Shown: positions 23,357 through 31,222 of the stretch, in pieces
Position numbering within the stretch: position 1 is the stretch's first letter
Layout of the letters: each line of letters opens with the position of its first letter
DNA from: a virus
IMG/VR virus record: IMGVR_UViG_3300031867_000233
Direction: 5' to 3' (one strand)
DNA: 37,534 nucleotides
Program-made: the position numbers and the translations under genes
Notes under the pieces: generated by a model
Seen by the model: only the letters and a program-made list of their open reading frames with translations
Told to the model about the DNA's origin: nothing
Databases searched by the model: none

Positions 23357-25075
23357 ATGGCGACATCAGGAACATTCAAGACATCAGAATATGAAGGCGC
23401 ATGCCTACAGTTCGACTGGACGCTGAAAAAACAGAGTACAGCCAACAATCAGTCTGTTATCTCGTGGACATTAAAAGGAGCAGGGATTAAGTCTGGCTAT
23501 TGGTACATGGCGGGGCCTTTCAAGTGCGTTATAAATGGGACTACAGTTTATCAGTCAAGCACAAGAATTAAGCTATACACTGGAACGGTTGTTGCATCTG
23601 GAGAGCTTGCAATCGGGCATGATACAAACGGTTCAAAGTCATTCAGTGCATATGCAGAGTGTGCAATCTATACATCTGCTGTAAACTGCAAAGGCTCTGA
23701 CAGTTGGAGCCTTCCGGACATAGGCAGGGCATCACAGCCAAGTTTGAATACATGGCCAAATAATTCTCCAAATTTCAACATCGGAGACACGATTGTTGTA
23801 CACATGAACCGAAAGTCAACAGTATTTACGCATACCGTTGTGCTGAAGCTAGGCTCATATAGTTATACCATCGGCACAGGTGTAACGGACAACATTTCAC
23901 TGGATACAGACAGGATTGCATCTAATCTTTATGCGCAAATGCCAAACAGCAATTCTATGGCGGGAGAGATAACTGTCACAACGTACAGTGGCAGTGCGGT
24001 TATAGGAACATCAAGCTGTGCAATCATTGCACACGTTGTAAATTCTAATCCGACATTTGATGTTTCGTATGAGGATTCAAATTCTAAAACGGTTGCAATC
24101 ACAGAAAATAATCAGTACATTATCAGGAATAACTCTGCGTTAAAAATCAGTGTAAGCAATGCAAGGGCGTTAAACAGTGCCACGTTGAAATCAATTACTG
24201 CTGTTGTAAATGGAAATGCTTATACAGGCACGTTAAATGGCTCTACAGGCACAATCAATGTCGGTGTGGTAAATGTATCATACGACACTGAAGTGACCGT
24301 TAAATTGATGGATTCAAGGGGAAATGAGGGCATCAGAGAGATCACGGTGCTTGTGTATGACTGGACATTGCCAAGTGCAATCATCAAGCTGAACCGCAAG
24401 AGCAATTACTATTCAGAAAGCATCTTGAATGTCAATGCAAATTATTCCTCAATAGGTGGTAAAAACTCAGTCACAATTAAGTACCGCACGAAGAAGGTTG
24501 CAAACAGCACATATAGTACGTATACAGCAATCCAGAATAACGTTGATGCGAATTTTACAGCTGATAACGAGTATGAATGGAATGTGCAAATTAATATTGC
24601 AGACAAGCTAGGCAATACAACATACAATCTGATTCTTCCGAAGGGTATTCCAATTGCTTATGCTGACATCAAGAAATACAGCTTTGGTGTGAATTGCTTT
24701 CCGAAGTTCGACAACAGCCTTGAAGTCAATGGCATGTGCATTAGCGGTCAGGTGCTTTATAACAGCACGAGCGGAACAGCAGGAACCGTCACATTGTCAG
24801 ACAGTGCGGAAAATTACACATATCTTGAAATCTTTTACAGATCGTCTGGTGATAATGCTTGTGGCAGTGTTAAGGTATTCAGCCCGAACGGAAAGCTCGT
24901 GCATTTAGGCACGATTCATTATATTGCAGATTATGACTATGCAAAGTTTGCTCTTGTAAGTGTGTCGGGGTCAATGATCACATTCAGTCAGAATTACCAG
25001 ATCACTATTAAGAACAACGGCTCAGCATATTCAGCTGAAAATGCAATTTTTATAACAAGAGTGGTTGGATATTAA
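23357..25075 (+). CDS. Second receptor-binding / fibre-like structural protein (572 aa, DUF859-like N-terminus)
   Basis: MATSGTFKTSEYEGACLQFDWTLKKQSTANNQSVISWTLKGAG resembles siphovirus DUF859-type tail proteins. It is the last gene of the structural operon. ATG 23357 is preferred over 23309. Confidence 0.6.
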   Translation: MATSGTFKTSEYEGACLQFDWTLKKQSTANNQSVISWTLKGAGIKSGYWYMAGPFKCVINGTTVYQSSTRIKLYTGTVVASGELAIGHDTNGSKSFSAYAECAIYTSAVNCKGSDSWSLPDIGRASQPSLNTWPNNSPNFNIGDTIVVHMNRKSTVFTHTVVLKLGSYSYTIGTGVTDNISLDTDRIASNLYAQMPNSNSMAGEITVTTYSGSAVIGTSSCAIIAHVVNSNPTFDVSYEDSNSKTVAITENNQYIIRNNSALKISVSNARALNSATLKSITAVVNGNAYTGTLNGSTGTINVGVVNVSYDTEVTVKLMDSRGNEGIREITVLVYDWTLPSAIIKLNRKSNYYSESILNVNANYSSIGGKNSVTIKYRTKKVANSTYSTYTAIQNNVDANFTADNEYEWNVQINIADKLGNTTYNLILPKGIPIAYADIKKYSFGVNCFPKFDNSLEVNGMCISGQVLYNSTSGTAGTVTLSDSAENYTYLEIFYRSSGDNACGSVKVFSPNGKLVHLGTIHYIADYDYAKFALVSVSGSMITFSQNYQITIKNNGSAYSAENAIFITRVVGY

Positions 25076-25131
25076 ATAAAATAATGATATACTATTGGTG
25101 CAGTGTTTTCATGTTCACTGTATTCCTTTCT

Positions 25132-25167
25132 CAGCCTTGCCGAGGGTCCGGCGGGCTGTTTTTTTAT
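25132..25167 (+). terminator. Rho-independent terminator ending the structural operon
   Basis: CAGCCTTGCCGAGGGTCCGGCGGGCTG followed by TTTTTTTATTT. Confidence 0.7.
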
Positions 25168-25220
25168 TTGCAAAATTCTATACTAACTTGTCATAGCCTA
25201 CAGGTTACATAATATTAGTA

Positions 25221-25250
25221 AAGAAAAAGTCACCGCTTGCATTCGGTGAC
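25221..25250 (-). terminator. Rho-independent terminator for the integrase gene (- strand)
   Basis: GTCACCG(25229-35)...CGGTGAC(25244-50). On the - strand the hairpin is followed by TTTTTCTTT. Confidence 0.6.
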
Positions 25251-25335
25251 TGATTGGTATATATTATAAGTGTCATTTTAATTGACATCTGATCATAAAT
25301 TCTCCTGGTAAAGAGCAGACAGAAATGCCTGCTTT

Positions 25336-26670
25336 TTACTTGAAGAAAACTTCTATTCCATCAGGTGAAACATGGACAGAATCAATGATATTTCGCCACA
25401 GCGTGCGCTTGTTTTCACGTGTGAGGTTCTCATATATTGATTGCCAGCCGGTATTTAGAAATTGTTGCAGATGGTCTGTATTTTTTGGCTTGATGGATTC
25501 AAGCCTTTTTATTTTGTTTTCCGTTTCGGCGTACAGACGTTCATAGGTACTTACAGGCATACGCTTCTTGATGAAGATATAATTCAGATTGTCAAGCTCT
25601 TTTCTTAGTTCTTTCAATTCCTTTTCGGTTGTGTTCTTTGTTTCAGATGTGATGCTTGATATTGTGGCTATATGGTCCTTAAGCAGGGTATCAAGGTTAG
25701 ACAGCAGATATTTTTCCGTTGACAGTTCCGCATAGTGCTTTTTGTGGTTGCATGTATGCACCGAGTGGGCATTGTTGCATCTGTAATAATAGTATCGTTT
25801 ACCGCCTTTCGGATGGCTCACTCCGACCAGCTTAGAACGGCATTCTGGGCATCTTAACAGTCCAGTGAATAAATATGTATGGCGCTGTATTCCAGTGCGT
25901 ATATTAGCCTGTAATGCGGTCTGAACGGCATTGTATGTGTCTCGTGTGATGTAAGGTTCGGCGTAATTGGAGTTTCCACGGTATGATCCTGCATAAAATT
26001 CATTCTTTAATATGTGCATATATGACATATAAGGTCGAGACAGTCCGTATTTATTGTTTACGTATTCGACTGTATGATGGACTGACTGATGCAGGAGAAA
26101 TGACGAGAAGATGTCTTTCACTATTGGCGCTTTGGATTCATCAATCACAATGCGTTTATTACCGTTTTCCGTTGCAATCCTGTAACCAAAAGGGACATTG
26201 CCAGTTATAGGCTGACCTTGTGCGACTTTGTACTCAAACACAGCCTTGATGCGTTCAGAGCCTTTTTTCAGTTCGTGTTCCGCAAGGTTGACTTTAAGGT
26301 TGAACATAAACAATCCGTTCGCAGTGGACGTGTTTATATCGTCCTCACATATGGAAATCATGGCAACGTCATTCTGTTGAAGAAGTTCAAGCATCTTGTT
26401 AGCCTCAAGGACGTTACGTGACAGGCGGTCAAGTCGTGTGAAAGCTATGGCATCAAGATCACGAAGATTTGACAGCATGAGTTGCAGTTGAGGGCGTTTC
26501 ATTGTGCTTGCTGAATAGCCTTCGTCTACATAAATGTGTTGCAGGTCATGATCGTTATCGTTGCACCATTGCGTTATTTCTTCAGTCTGGGCTTGTATTG
26601 AGTATCCATATTTCTTTTGCTCGTCAGTGGAAACACGGGCATATCCTGCCACTCGCAGTTTTTTTCTCAT
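25336..26670 (-). CDS. Large serine recombinase (integrase)
   Basis: MRKKLRVAGYARVSTDEQ... is a resolvase catalytic domain. The length is 444 aa, and a Cys-rich zinc-ribbon region (LLRCPECRSKL...YYYRCNN) is present. Confidence 0.9.
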   Translation of the reverse strand: MRKKLRVAGYARVSTDEQKKYGYSIQAQTEEITQWCNDNDHDLQHIYVDEGYSASTMKRPQLQLMLSNLRDLDAIAFTRLDRLSRNVLEANKMLELLQQNDVAMISICEDDINTSTANGLFMFNLKVNLAEHELKKGSERIKAVFEYKVAQGQPITGNVPFGYRIATENGNKRIVIDESKAPIVKDIFSSFLLHQSVHHTVEYVNNKYGLSRPYMSYMHILKNEFYAGSYRGNSNYAEPYITRDTYNAVQTALQANIRTGIQRHTYLFTGLLRCPECRSKLVGVSHPKGGKRYYYYRCNNAHSVHTCNHKKHYAELSTEKYLLSNLDTLLKDHIATISSITSETKNTTEKELKELRKELDNLNYIFIKKRMPVSTYERLYAETENKIKRLESIKPKNTDHLQQFLNTGWQSIYENLTRENKRTLWRNIIDSVHVSPDGIEVFFK

Positions 26671-26693
26671 AAAAAATACCTCCGATTGATTGA

Positions 26694-26743
26694 AAATAAA
26701 AAAAGCAGTCCATACTAGCCGATGAGGGCGGTGAAAATATGGA
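26694..26743 (-). terminator. Possible terminator between the repressor and integrase genes (- strand)
   Basis: GTCCATA(26707-13)/TATGGAC(26737-43) with a T-run on the - strand. The 23-nt loop makes this a weak call. Confidence 0.3.
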
Positions 26744-26844
26744 CGCAGAAAAAATATATTCGTTGCTGTTTGGATTGTATGCTGAACAGGAAAATCTCAA
26801 AATTGAATATGAGTTAGACAGCTCTTTTTTTTCGACAGATGGTT

Positions 26845-27186
26845 TCAATCAGAAACATTCTTGCTGTCAAGGTACAGTTTCATTATCTTCAGATACAGCT
26901 CGTCCTTCTCAGGTTCCGGAAGATCGTGAAACAGAGACTCGATGCGCAGTGTGAGGTCTGTTGCTTCATCATAGTTTGATGTATCAATGCCAAAATATGA
27001 AATGTCGATGCCGTATACTTCACAAAAACGTTTCAGAGTGGAAAGAGTCAGGGAACGTTTTCCAGATTCAATATTAGATATTGCAGGCCTTGAAAGCCCG
27101 ACAAGTTCAGCAAGTTCAGACTGTTTAAGATCACGGGATTTGCGCAGTTCTTTTAGTTTCCTTCCGATTGATTTGTTGTTGATCAT
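26845..27186 (-). CDS. cI-like repressor (XRE-family HTH, 113 aa)
   Basis: IGRKLKELRKSRDLKQSELAELVGLSRPAISNIESGKRSLTLSTL is an XRE helix-turn-helix. It is divergent from the Cro-like gene. Confidence 0.85.
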   Translation of the reverse strand: MINNKSIGRKLKELRKSRDLKQSELAELVGLSRPAISNIESGKRSLTLSTLKRFCEVYGIDISYFGIDTSNYDEATDLTLRIESLFHDLPEPEKDELYLKIMKLYLDSKNVSD

Positions 27187-27233
27187 TATTTTTACACCAC
27201 CTAAAAAAGTTTATATTTCGATGATAACATAAC

Positions 27234-27310
27234 GTTGCTATTTGAAACAATAAAAAAATAATCGTCTTTTGATGAAAAGTAATTGCAATTTGATGACAAG
27301 AGTTTATAAT
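27234..27310 (+). promoter_or_regulatory. Immunity-region control DNA: degenerate palindrome GTTGCTATTTGAAAC (27234..27248) and rightward promoter TTGCAA (27283-88), 16-nt spacer, TATAAT (27305-10)
   Basis: Read directly in the cI/cro intergenic region. The palindrome differs by one half-site base from GTTTC-N5-GAAAC. Confidence 0.55.
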
Positions 27311-27334
27311 GTAAATCAAGAAAGGGGGAACGAA

Positions 27335-27529
27335 ATGAAAAGAGCAGAACTGAAAGCATTCAGGATGTCAAAGGGATTCACTCAGAAGGATGTTGCAGAA
27401 ATGCTTGGAATATCAACGAGCCATTATGCCTGCATCGAGCAGGGAACGCACAATCCTTCTACAAAGATTGTCAAAGCGTTCTGCAAAGAATTTGGTAAGG
27501 AAAATGCAAATTTGATTATTGGGAGCTGA
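27335..27529 (+). CDS. Cro-like HTH regulator (64 aa)
   Basis: FRMSKGFTQKDVAEMLGISTSHYACIEQG is an XRE HTH. The ATG at 27335 follows the RBS aaagggggaa. Confidence 0.8.
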   Translation: MKRAELKAFRMSKGFTQKDVAEMLGISTSHYACIEQGTHNPSTKIVKAFCKEFGKENANLIIGS

Positions 27530-27533
27530 AAAC

Positions 27534-27656
27534 ATGTTTGACATCGTAGCAAAAATCGTAAAAAGCGGTAACGCAGAAGAATTAAGAGAAATCATTAAAC
27601 AGTACGAAATTGATGTTTCAAAAAGAAAGGAAAACAAGAAAAATGAAGGGATTTGA
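27534..27656 (+). CDS. Small hypothetical ORF (40 aa)
   Basis: The ATG follows gggag, and the ORF fills the gap between cro and erf. It is below the ORF-track cutoff and was translated by hand (MFDIVAKIVKSGNAEELREIIKQYEIDVSKRKENKKNEGI). Confidence 0.3.
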   Translation: MFDIVAKIVKSGNAEELREIIKQYEIDVSKRKENKKNEGI

Positions 27657-28260
27657 AGACATTACACCAGAGATTGCAACAGATTTGATTGAGCTGGTAA
27701 ATCAGTTAAGAGGACTTGAAAAGTCTGCACAGGTCAAATATTCCGTGAAGAATCGTAGTACAGGAGAATGGACTCATAAATCATTTGATTATGTGCCATT
27801 GGACAACATCTTAAACAAAATCAAGGAAAATCAGAACTTTGCATTGCTACAGCCTATTGGAATTGATGAAAACGGCATCTGTGGCGTGCGGTGTGTATTA
27901 GTGCACAAGAGCGGACACGTATTTGAAACAAACACCTATCCGTTTGCAGTAAAGGAAGGCGCAAAGCTACAGGATGAGGGAGCAGAGATCACATACCGCA
28001 AGCGTTATTCATTGGGTGCATTCCTTGGCATGGCAACAGAGGAAGATACAGACGGAAACGATGATGAAGCAACGAACAGCACGGAACGCAAGGCATCGCC
28101 AAGACAGGTAGAAGTATTGAGCAAGATTTACACAGGCGAGAATCTTGAAAAGCTGTTAAGGATGAACAATATCGAAAAGCTGGAAGACATGCCAATGTCG
28201 AAGGCAAGCGAGTTGATTGGTAAGAACATGAAGCATAGAAAGGCGGAAAAACATGACTAA
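27643..28260 (+). CDS. erf: ERF-family single-strand annealing protein
   Basis: ...FDYVPLDNILNKIKE...GAEITYRKRYSLGAFLGMATEEDTDGND matches the Erf core as I recall it. Confidence 0.75.
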   Translation: MKGFEDITPEIATDLIELVNQLRGLEKSAQVKYSVKNRSTGEWTHKSFDYVPLDNILNKIKENQNFALLQPIGIDENGICGVRCVLVHKSGHVFETNTYPFAVKEGAKLQDEGAEITYRKRYSLGAFLGMATEEDTDGNDDEATNSTERKASPRQVEVLSKIYTGENLEKLLRMNNIEKLEDMPMSKASELIGKNMKHRKAEKHD

Positions 28261-28513
28261 TTTTATTGACTTGATTTATTGTGATGATTTGAATAGCTCG
28301 CAAGTTATTGCCTGTGCTCCGATGAGCGCATTTATCAAGAAAGGTGACATTGTATTTATTAATGAGACGAAAAAATTTTACTTTGTTACATGCAATATAA
28401 CTGTTGCAAAAGATTCAGACACTTACAAGTTTATTACTGATGCTTTAGGCAATCCGTACACAGTAACTGGCAAATATTCTCATCAGGAAATCGGAGGAAC
28501 TGAAAATGAATAA
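28253..28513 (+). CDS. Hypothetical protein (86 aa)
   Basis: The ORF is translationally coupled within the recombination module. Confidence 0.5.
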   Translation: MTNFIDLIYCDDLNSSQVIACAPMSAFIKKGDIVFINETKKFYFVTCNITVAKDSDTYKFITDALGNPYTVTGKYSHQEIGGTENE

Positions 28514-28820
28514 TATTATCGAAAGAACAGGATCAGACGTTACGTTATCTGAAGAAGTATGCGAGAGAATTGTCAGCCTTGAGAAACAGGCAAAAGAGAT
28601 CAAGAAACAGCAGGACAGCATGAAGAATGACATTCTTGAAGCTATGCAGAAGTATGGTGTATTAAAGTTCGACAACGAGTTTCTGAAGATTGCATTCATT
28701 CCAGAGCGTGACGCAGAAAGGTTTGACAGCAAGACTTTTAAAGAAGAGAATCCTGACGTATATGACTTGTACGCCAAAATCTCAAAAGTGAAGCCTTCCA
28801 TCCGCATCACGGTGAAATGA
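28506..28820 (+). CDS. Hypothetical coiled-coil protein (104 aa), possibly Gp157-like
   Basis: A coiled-coil N-terminus is followed by ...FDSKTFKEENPDVYDLYAKIS. Similar proteins sit next to phage recombinases. The family assignment is tentative. Confidence 0.45.
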   Translation: MNNIIERTGSDVTLSEEVCERIVSLEKQAKEIKKQQDSMKNDILEAMQKYGVLKFDNEFLKIAFIPERDAERFDSKTFKEENPDVYDLYAKISKVKPSIRITVK

Positions 28821-29425
28821 TGGAAACATTCAGCATTAAAGGCGGTACGCTTGAATTTCTTCCTGAAACTCATACATATCTGTATGAAGGGCTTATGTTA
28901 CCAAGTGTCACGCAAATTTTAGGTGTGAAGTACAAAAACGATTATGCAAGTGTACCTCCTGCCGTGCTGGAAAATGCATCTAAAAGAGGCACGGCAGTAC
29001 ATAAGGCAATCGAGAACTTTAACGTTTCTGGTTATGATGATGGAAGCGAAGCGGTGCGAAACTTTAAGTTCTTGCAGAAGCAATACGGATTCGAGGTTCT
29101 GGACAGCGAACTTCCGATTGTATTGTTTAAGGATGATATGCCGATTGCGTGCGGACGGCTTGACATGACGATGTTGATTGACGGACAGACAGGGATTGCG
29201 GACATTAAAACCGTCAGCACATTAAACAAGGAAAAGATCGCATATCAGCTGAACTTATACAGAATAGGATTGATGCAAAGCTACGGAGTTGATGCAAAAT
29301 TTCTGAAGATCATACATATCAGGGATGGCATCAGGAAATTTATTGACAGCCCTGTAAACGAGGGCATGGCATGGGAAATCATAGAAAAATATTACAGCAT
29401 AGTAAAACATTACAGAGGGGACTAA
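28817..29425 (+). CDS. PD-(D/E)XK family exonuclease
   Basis: GTAVHKAIENF...CGRLDM...IADIKTVS carries motifs of the RecB/Cas4-like nuclease fold. It sits next to the Erf gene. Confidence 0.65.
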   Translation: MMETFSIKGGTLEFLPETHTYLYEGLMLPSVTQILGVKYKNDYASVPPAVLENASKRGTAVHKAIENFNVSGYDDGSEAVRNFKFLQKQYGFEVLDSELPIVLFKDDMPIACGRLDMTMLIDGQTGIADIKTVSTLNKEKIAYQLNLYRIGLMQSYGVDAKFLKIIHIRDGIRKFIDSPVNEGMAWEIIEKYYSIVKHYRGD

Positions 29426-29426
29426 A

Positions 29427-29825
29427 ATGAATGCAGTTATATTAGTTGGAAGAACTACAAAAGACATTGAACTACGAAGGACAGGCAGTGGCACGGCTGT
29501 TGCAAGTTTCACTCTTGCCGTCAACAGAGACTTTAGAACACAGGACGGGCAGGAGGCTGATTTTATTCAGTGCGTGGCATGGAAAAAGACAGCAGAGCTT
29601 TTGGAACAGTACGTACACAAGGGCGACAGGATTGCAGTTAGTGGCTCTATCAGAACAAGAAATTATGAAGATAATCATGGAAAAAAAGTGTATGTCACAG
29701 AAGTTCTGGCAAATCAAGTTGAATTTTTAGAAACTAAGAAGAGCAGTGAACAAAGCAATTATAACAATAACAGTTATAACCATACTGATTTAGACAACTT
29801 CAACGATACTGAATTGCCATTCTAG
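29427..29825 (+). CDS. ssb: Single-stranded DNA-binding protein
   Basis: MNAVILVGRTTKDIELRRTGSGTAVASFTLAVNR...FIQCVAWKKTAE is an OB-fold SSB. The C-terminal tip is acidic (DTELPF). Confidence 0.9.
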   Translation: MNAVILVGRTTKDIELRRTGSGTAVASFTLAVNRDFRTQDGQEADFIQCVAWKKTAELLEQYVHKGDRIAVSGSIRTRNYEDNHGKKVYVTEVLANQVEFLETKKSSEQSNYNNNSYNHTDLDNFNDTELPF

Positions 29826-29838
29826 GCGGTAAAACTGT

Positions 29839-30288
29839 ATGATAGGAAATTCAAAAGCTATCATCCAGTGGTTGTTCGACCAGCAGGACGCAGACAAGCT
29901 GTACGAGATTAAAGAGAAGAAATCGAAAAGATCACTCACAGCCAATGCGTACTACTGGTCTTTACTCAACCAGCTGGCAAGCGTGATGAGGATGGACAAC
30001 CAGGAATGCCACTTCCTTATGCTTAGAAGATACGGGCAGTATGAAGTTGTTAGCATTCGTTCAGACGTGGACCTACATGGCTATTTCAAATACTATGATG
30101 AGATAGGCAAAGGCAAAGTAAACGGCAAGGAGTTCACGCATTACAAGATTTACAAATGCAGTTCCCAGATGGATTCTAAGGAATTTTCCATACTCCTTGA
30201 TGGCGTAAGAAGCGAATGCGAAGAGGTAGGAATACCGACGCTTACTCCTTCTGAAATTGCACAGCTTAAATTCATAGGAGGTGATTAA
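29839..30288 (+). CDS. NinB/Orf-like recombination mediator (tentative)
   Basis: KRSLTANAYYWSLLNQLA resembles the 'RSLdQN..lW' motif of lambda NinB. Confidence 0.45.
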   Translation: MIGNSKAIIQWLFDQQDADKLYEIKEKKSKRSLTANAYYWSLLNQLASVMRMDNQECHFLMLRRYGQYEVVSIRSDVDLHGYFKYYDEIGKGKVNGKEFTHYKIYKCSSQMDSKEFSILLDGVRSECEEVGIPTLTPSEIAQLKFIGGD

Positions 30289-30603
30289 TTGAAAGAATCA
30301 ATTATGCCTAATGGCATGTATCAGTCTAACGGTCACACGTACTTTTACAGCAATCAGAGATATGATGGCACTCACAGGCATGAAATCTTCTTCGGAACAG
30401 ATAACAGGAAGAAGTCCATAGAATATGGGCTGTATGTCTATTTGCTTCCCCAGGACCATAATATGAGCGTTTACGGCGTCCACAACAGGCTAGGAAAGGA
30501 CTTCAACCTATACCTGAAGAAGAAGGGACAGCTACAGGCGATGGTCACATATGACTGGACTGTTGAAGATTTCATAAAGATATTCGGAAAGTCGTATTTA
30601 TGA
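30289..30603 (+). CDS. Hypothetical protein (104 aa), possibly a degenerate HNH-like family
   Basis: The TTG start follows the RBS ataggaggtga. HRHEIFFGTDNRKKSIEYGLYVYL resembles Ref/DUF968-like proteins but lacks their cysteines. Confidence 0.4.
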   Translation: MKESIMPNGMYQSNGHTYFYSNQRYDGTHRHEIFFGTDNRKKSIEYGLYVYLLPQDHNMSVYGVHNRLGKDFNLYLKKKGQLQAMVTYDWTVEDFIKIFGKSYL

Positions 30604-30612
30604 GGAGGTTAC

Positions 30613-31011
30613 GTGTACAGAAAATATCATAATAAAAAGACTATTCTTGATGGCATCAAGTTTGACTCAAAGCTGGAAGCTGAACGATATGCACAGTTGA
30701 AGATCCTGGAACGTGCGGGAGTCATAAGGGAATTGGAATTACAGCCCTCTTTTGAGCTTTTGCCGTCATTCAGGAAGAATGGCAAAACATGGCGTAAAAC
30801 CGTGTATAAAGCCGATTTCAGGTACATTTTGTGTGATGGCGATATAACTATCATCGAGGATGTAAAAGGCTCTACAGCGGTAATTACGGACGTTTTTCGG
30901 TTAAAGCAGAAATTATTTGAATACAAATATCCAGAGTACACAATCAGCATCGTTACGAGCAAAGACGTCAAGAAGTTTCAAAAAGAAACGAAAGTCGGCA
31001 AAATGTGTTGA
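30613..31011 (+). CDS. DUF1064-type PD-(D/E)XK protein (putative Holliday junction resolvase)
   Basis: YHNKKTILDGIKFDSKLEAERYAQLKILERAGVIRELELQPSFEL matches the DUF1064 pattern. Confidence 0.7.
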   Translation: MYRKYHNKKTILDGIKFDSKLEAERYAQLKILERAGVIRELELQPSFELLPSFRKNGKTWRKTVYKADFRYILCDGDITIIEDVKGSTAVITDVFRLKQKLFEYKYPEYTISIVTSKDVKKFQKETKVGKMC

Positions 31012-31036
31012 CTTAATCACATTATGATGATAATAT
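30975..31036 (+). promoter_or_regulatory. Palindrome-promoter cassette A: GTTTCAAAAAGAAAC (30975..30989), 18 nt, TTGACT (31008-13), 17 nt, TAATAT (31031-36)
   Basis: Read directly. It has the same geometry as cassettes B-D. Confidence 0.65.
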
Positions 31037-31222
31037 TAAAGAGTAGAAAAAAGCTACACCACCTATTCAGTAACCGCCATTGCTGAATAGCAGTGAATGA
31101 AACTGAATAGGTACATGAACCGTATTGCATTAGGTTGGCGGACTTAATGTGATGCGGTTTTCTGTTATTAGAAAGGCAATAATATGACAAATTGTAAAGC
31201 AGAAAAGGAAGGAAATAAAAAC

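Noticed and set aside
25325-25546. A 73-aa + strand ORF, and several other ORF-track entries, lie antisense to or nested in longer genes. Examples are 539..754, 1948..2286, 14427..14759, 14624..14899, 15860..16102, 26739..26954 and 28445..28873.
   Set aside because: They lie wholly inside well-supported genes on the other strand or in another frame. They lack RBSs and have low-complexity or Cys/Ser/Leu-rich translations typical of frame artefacts.
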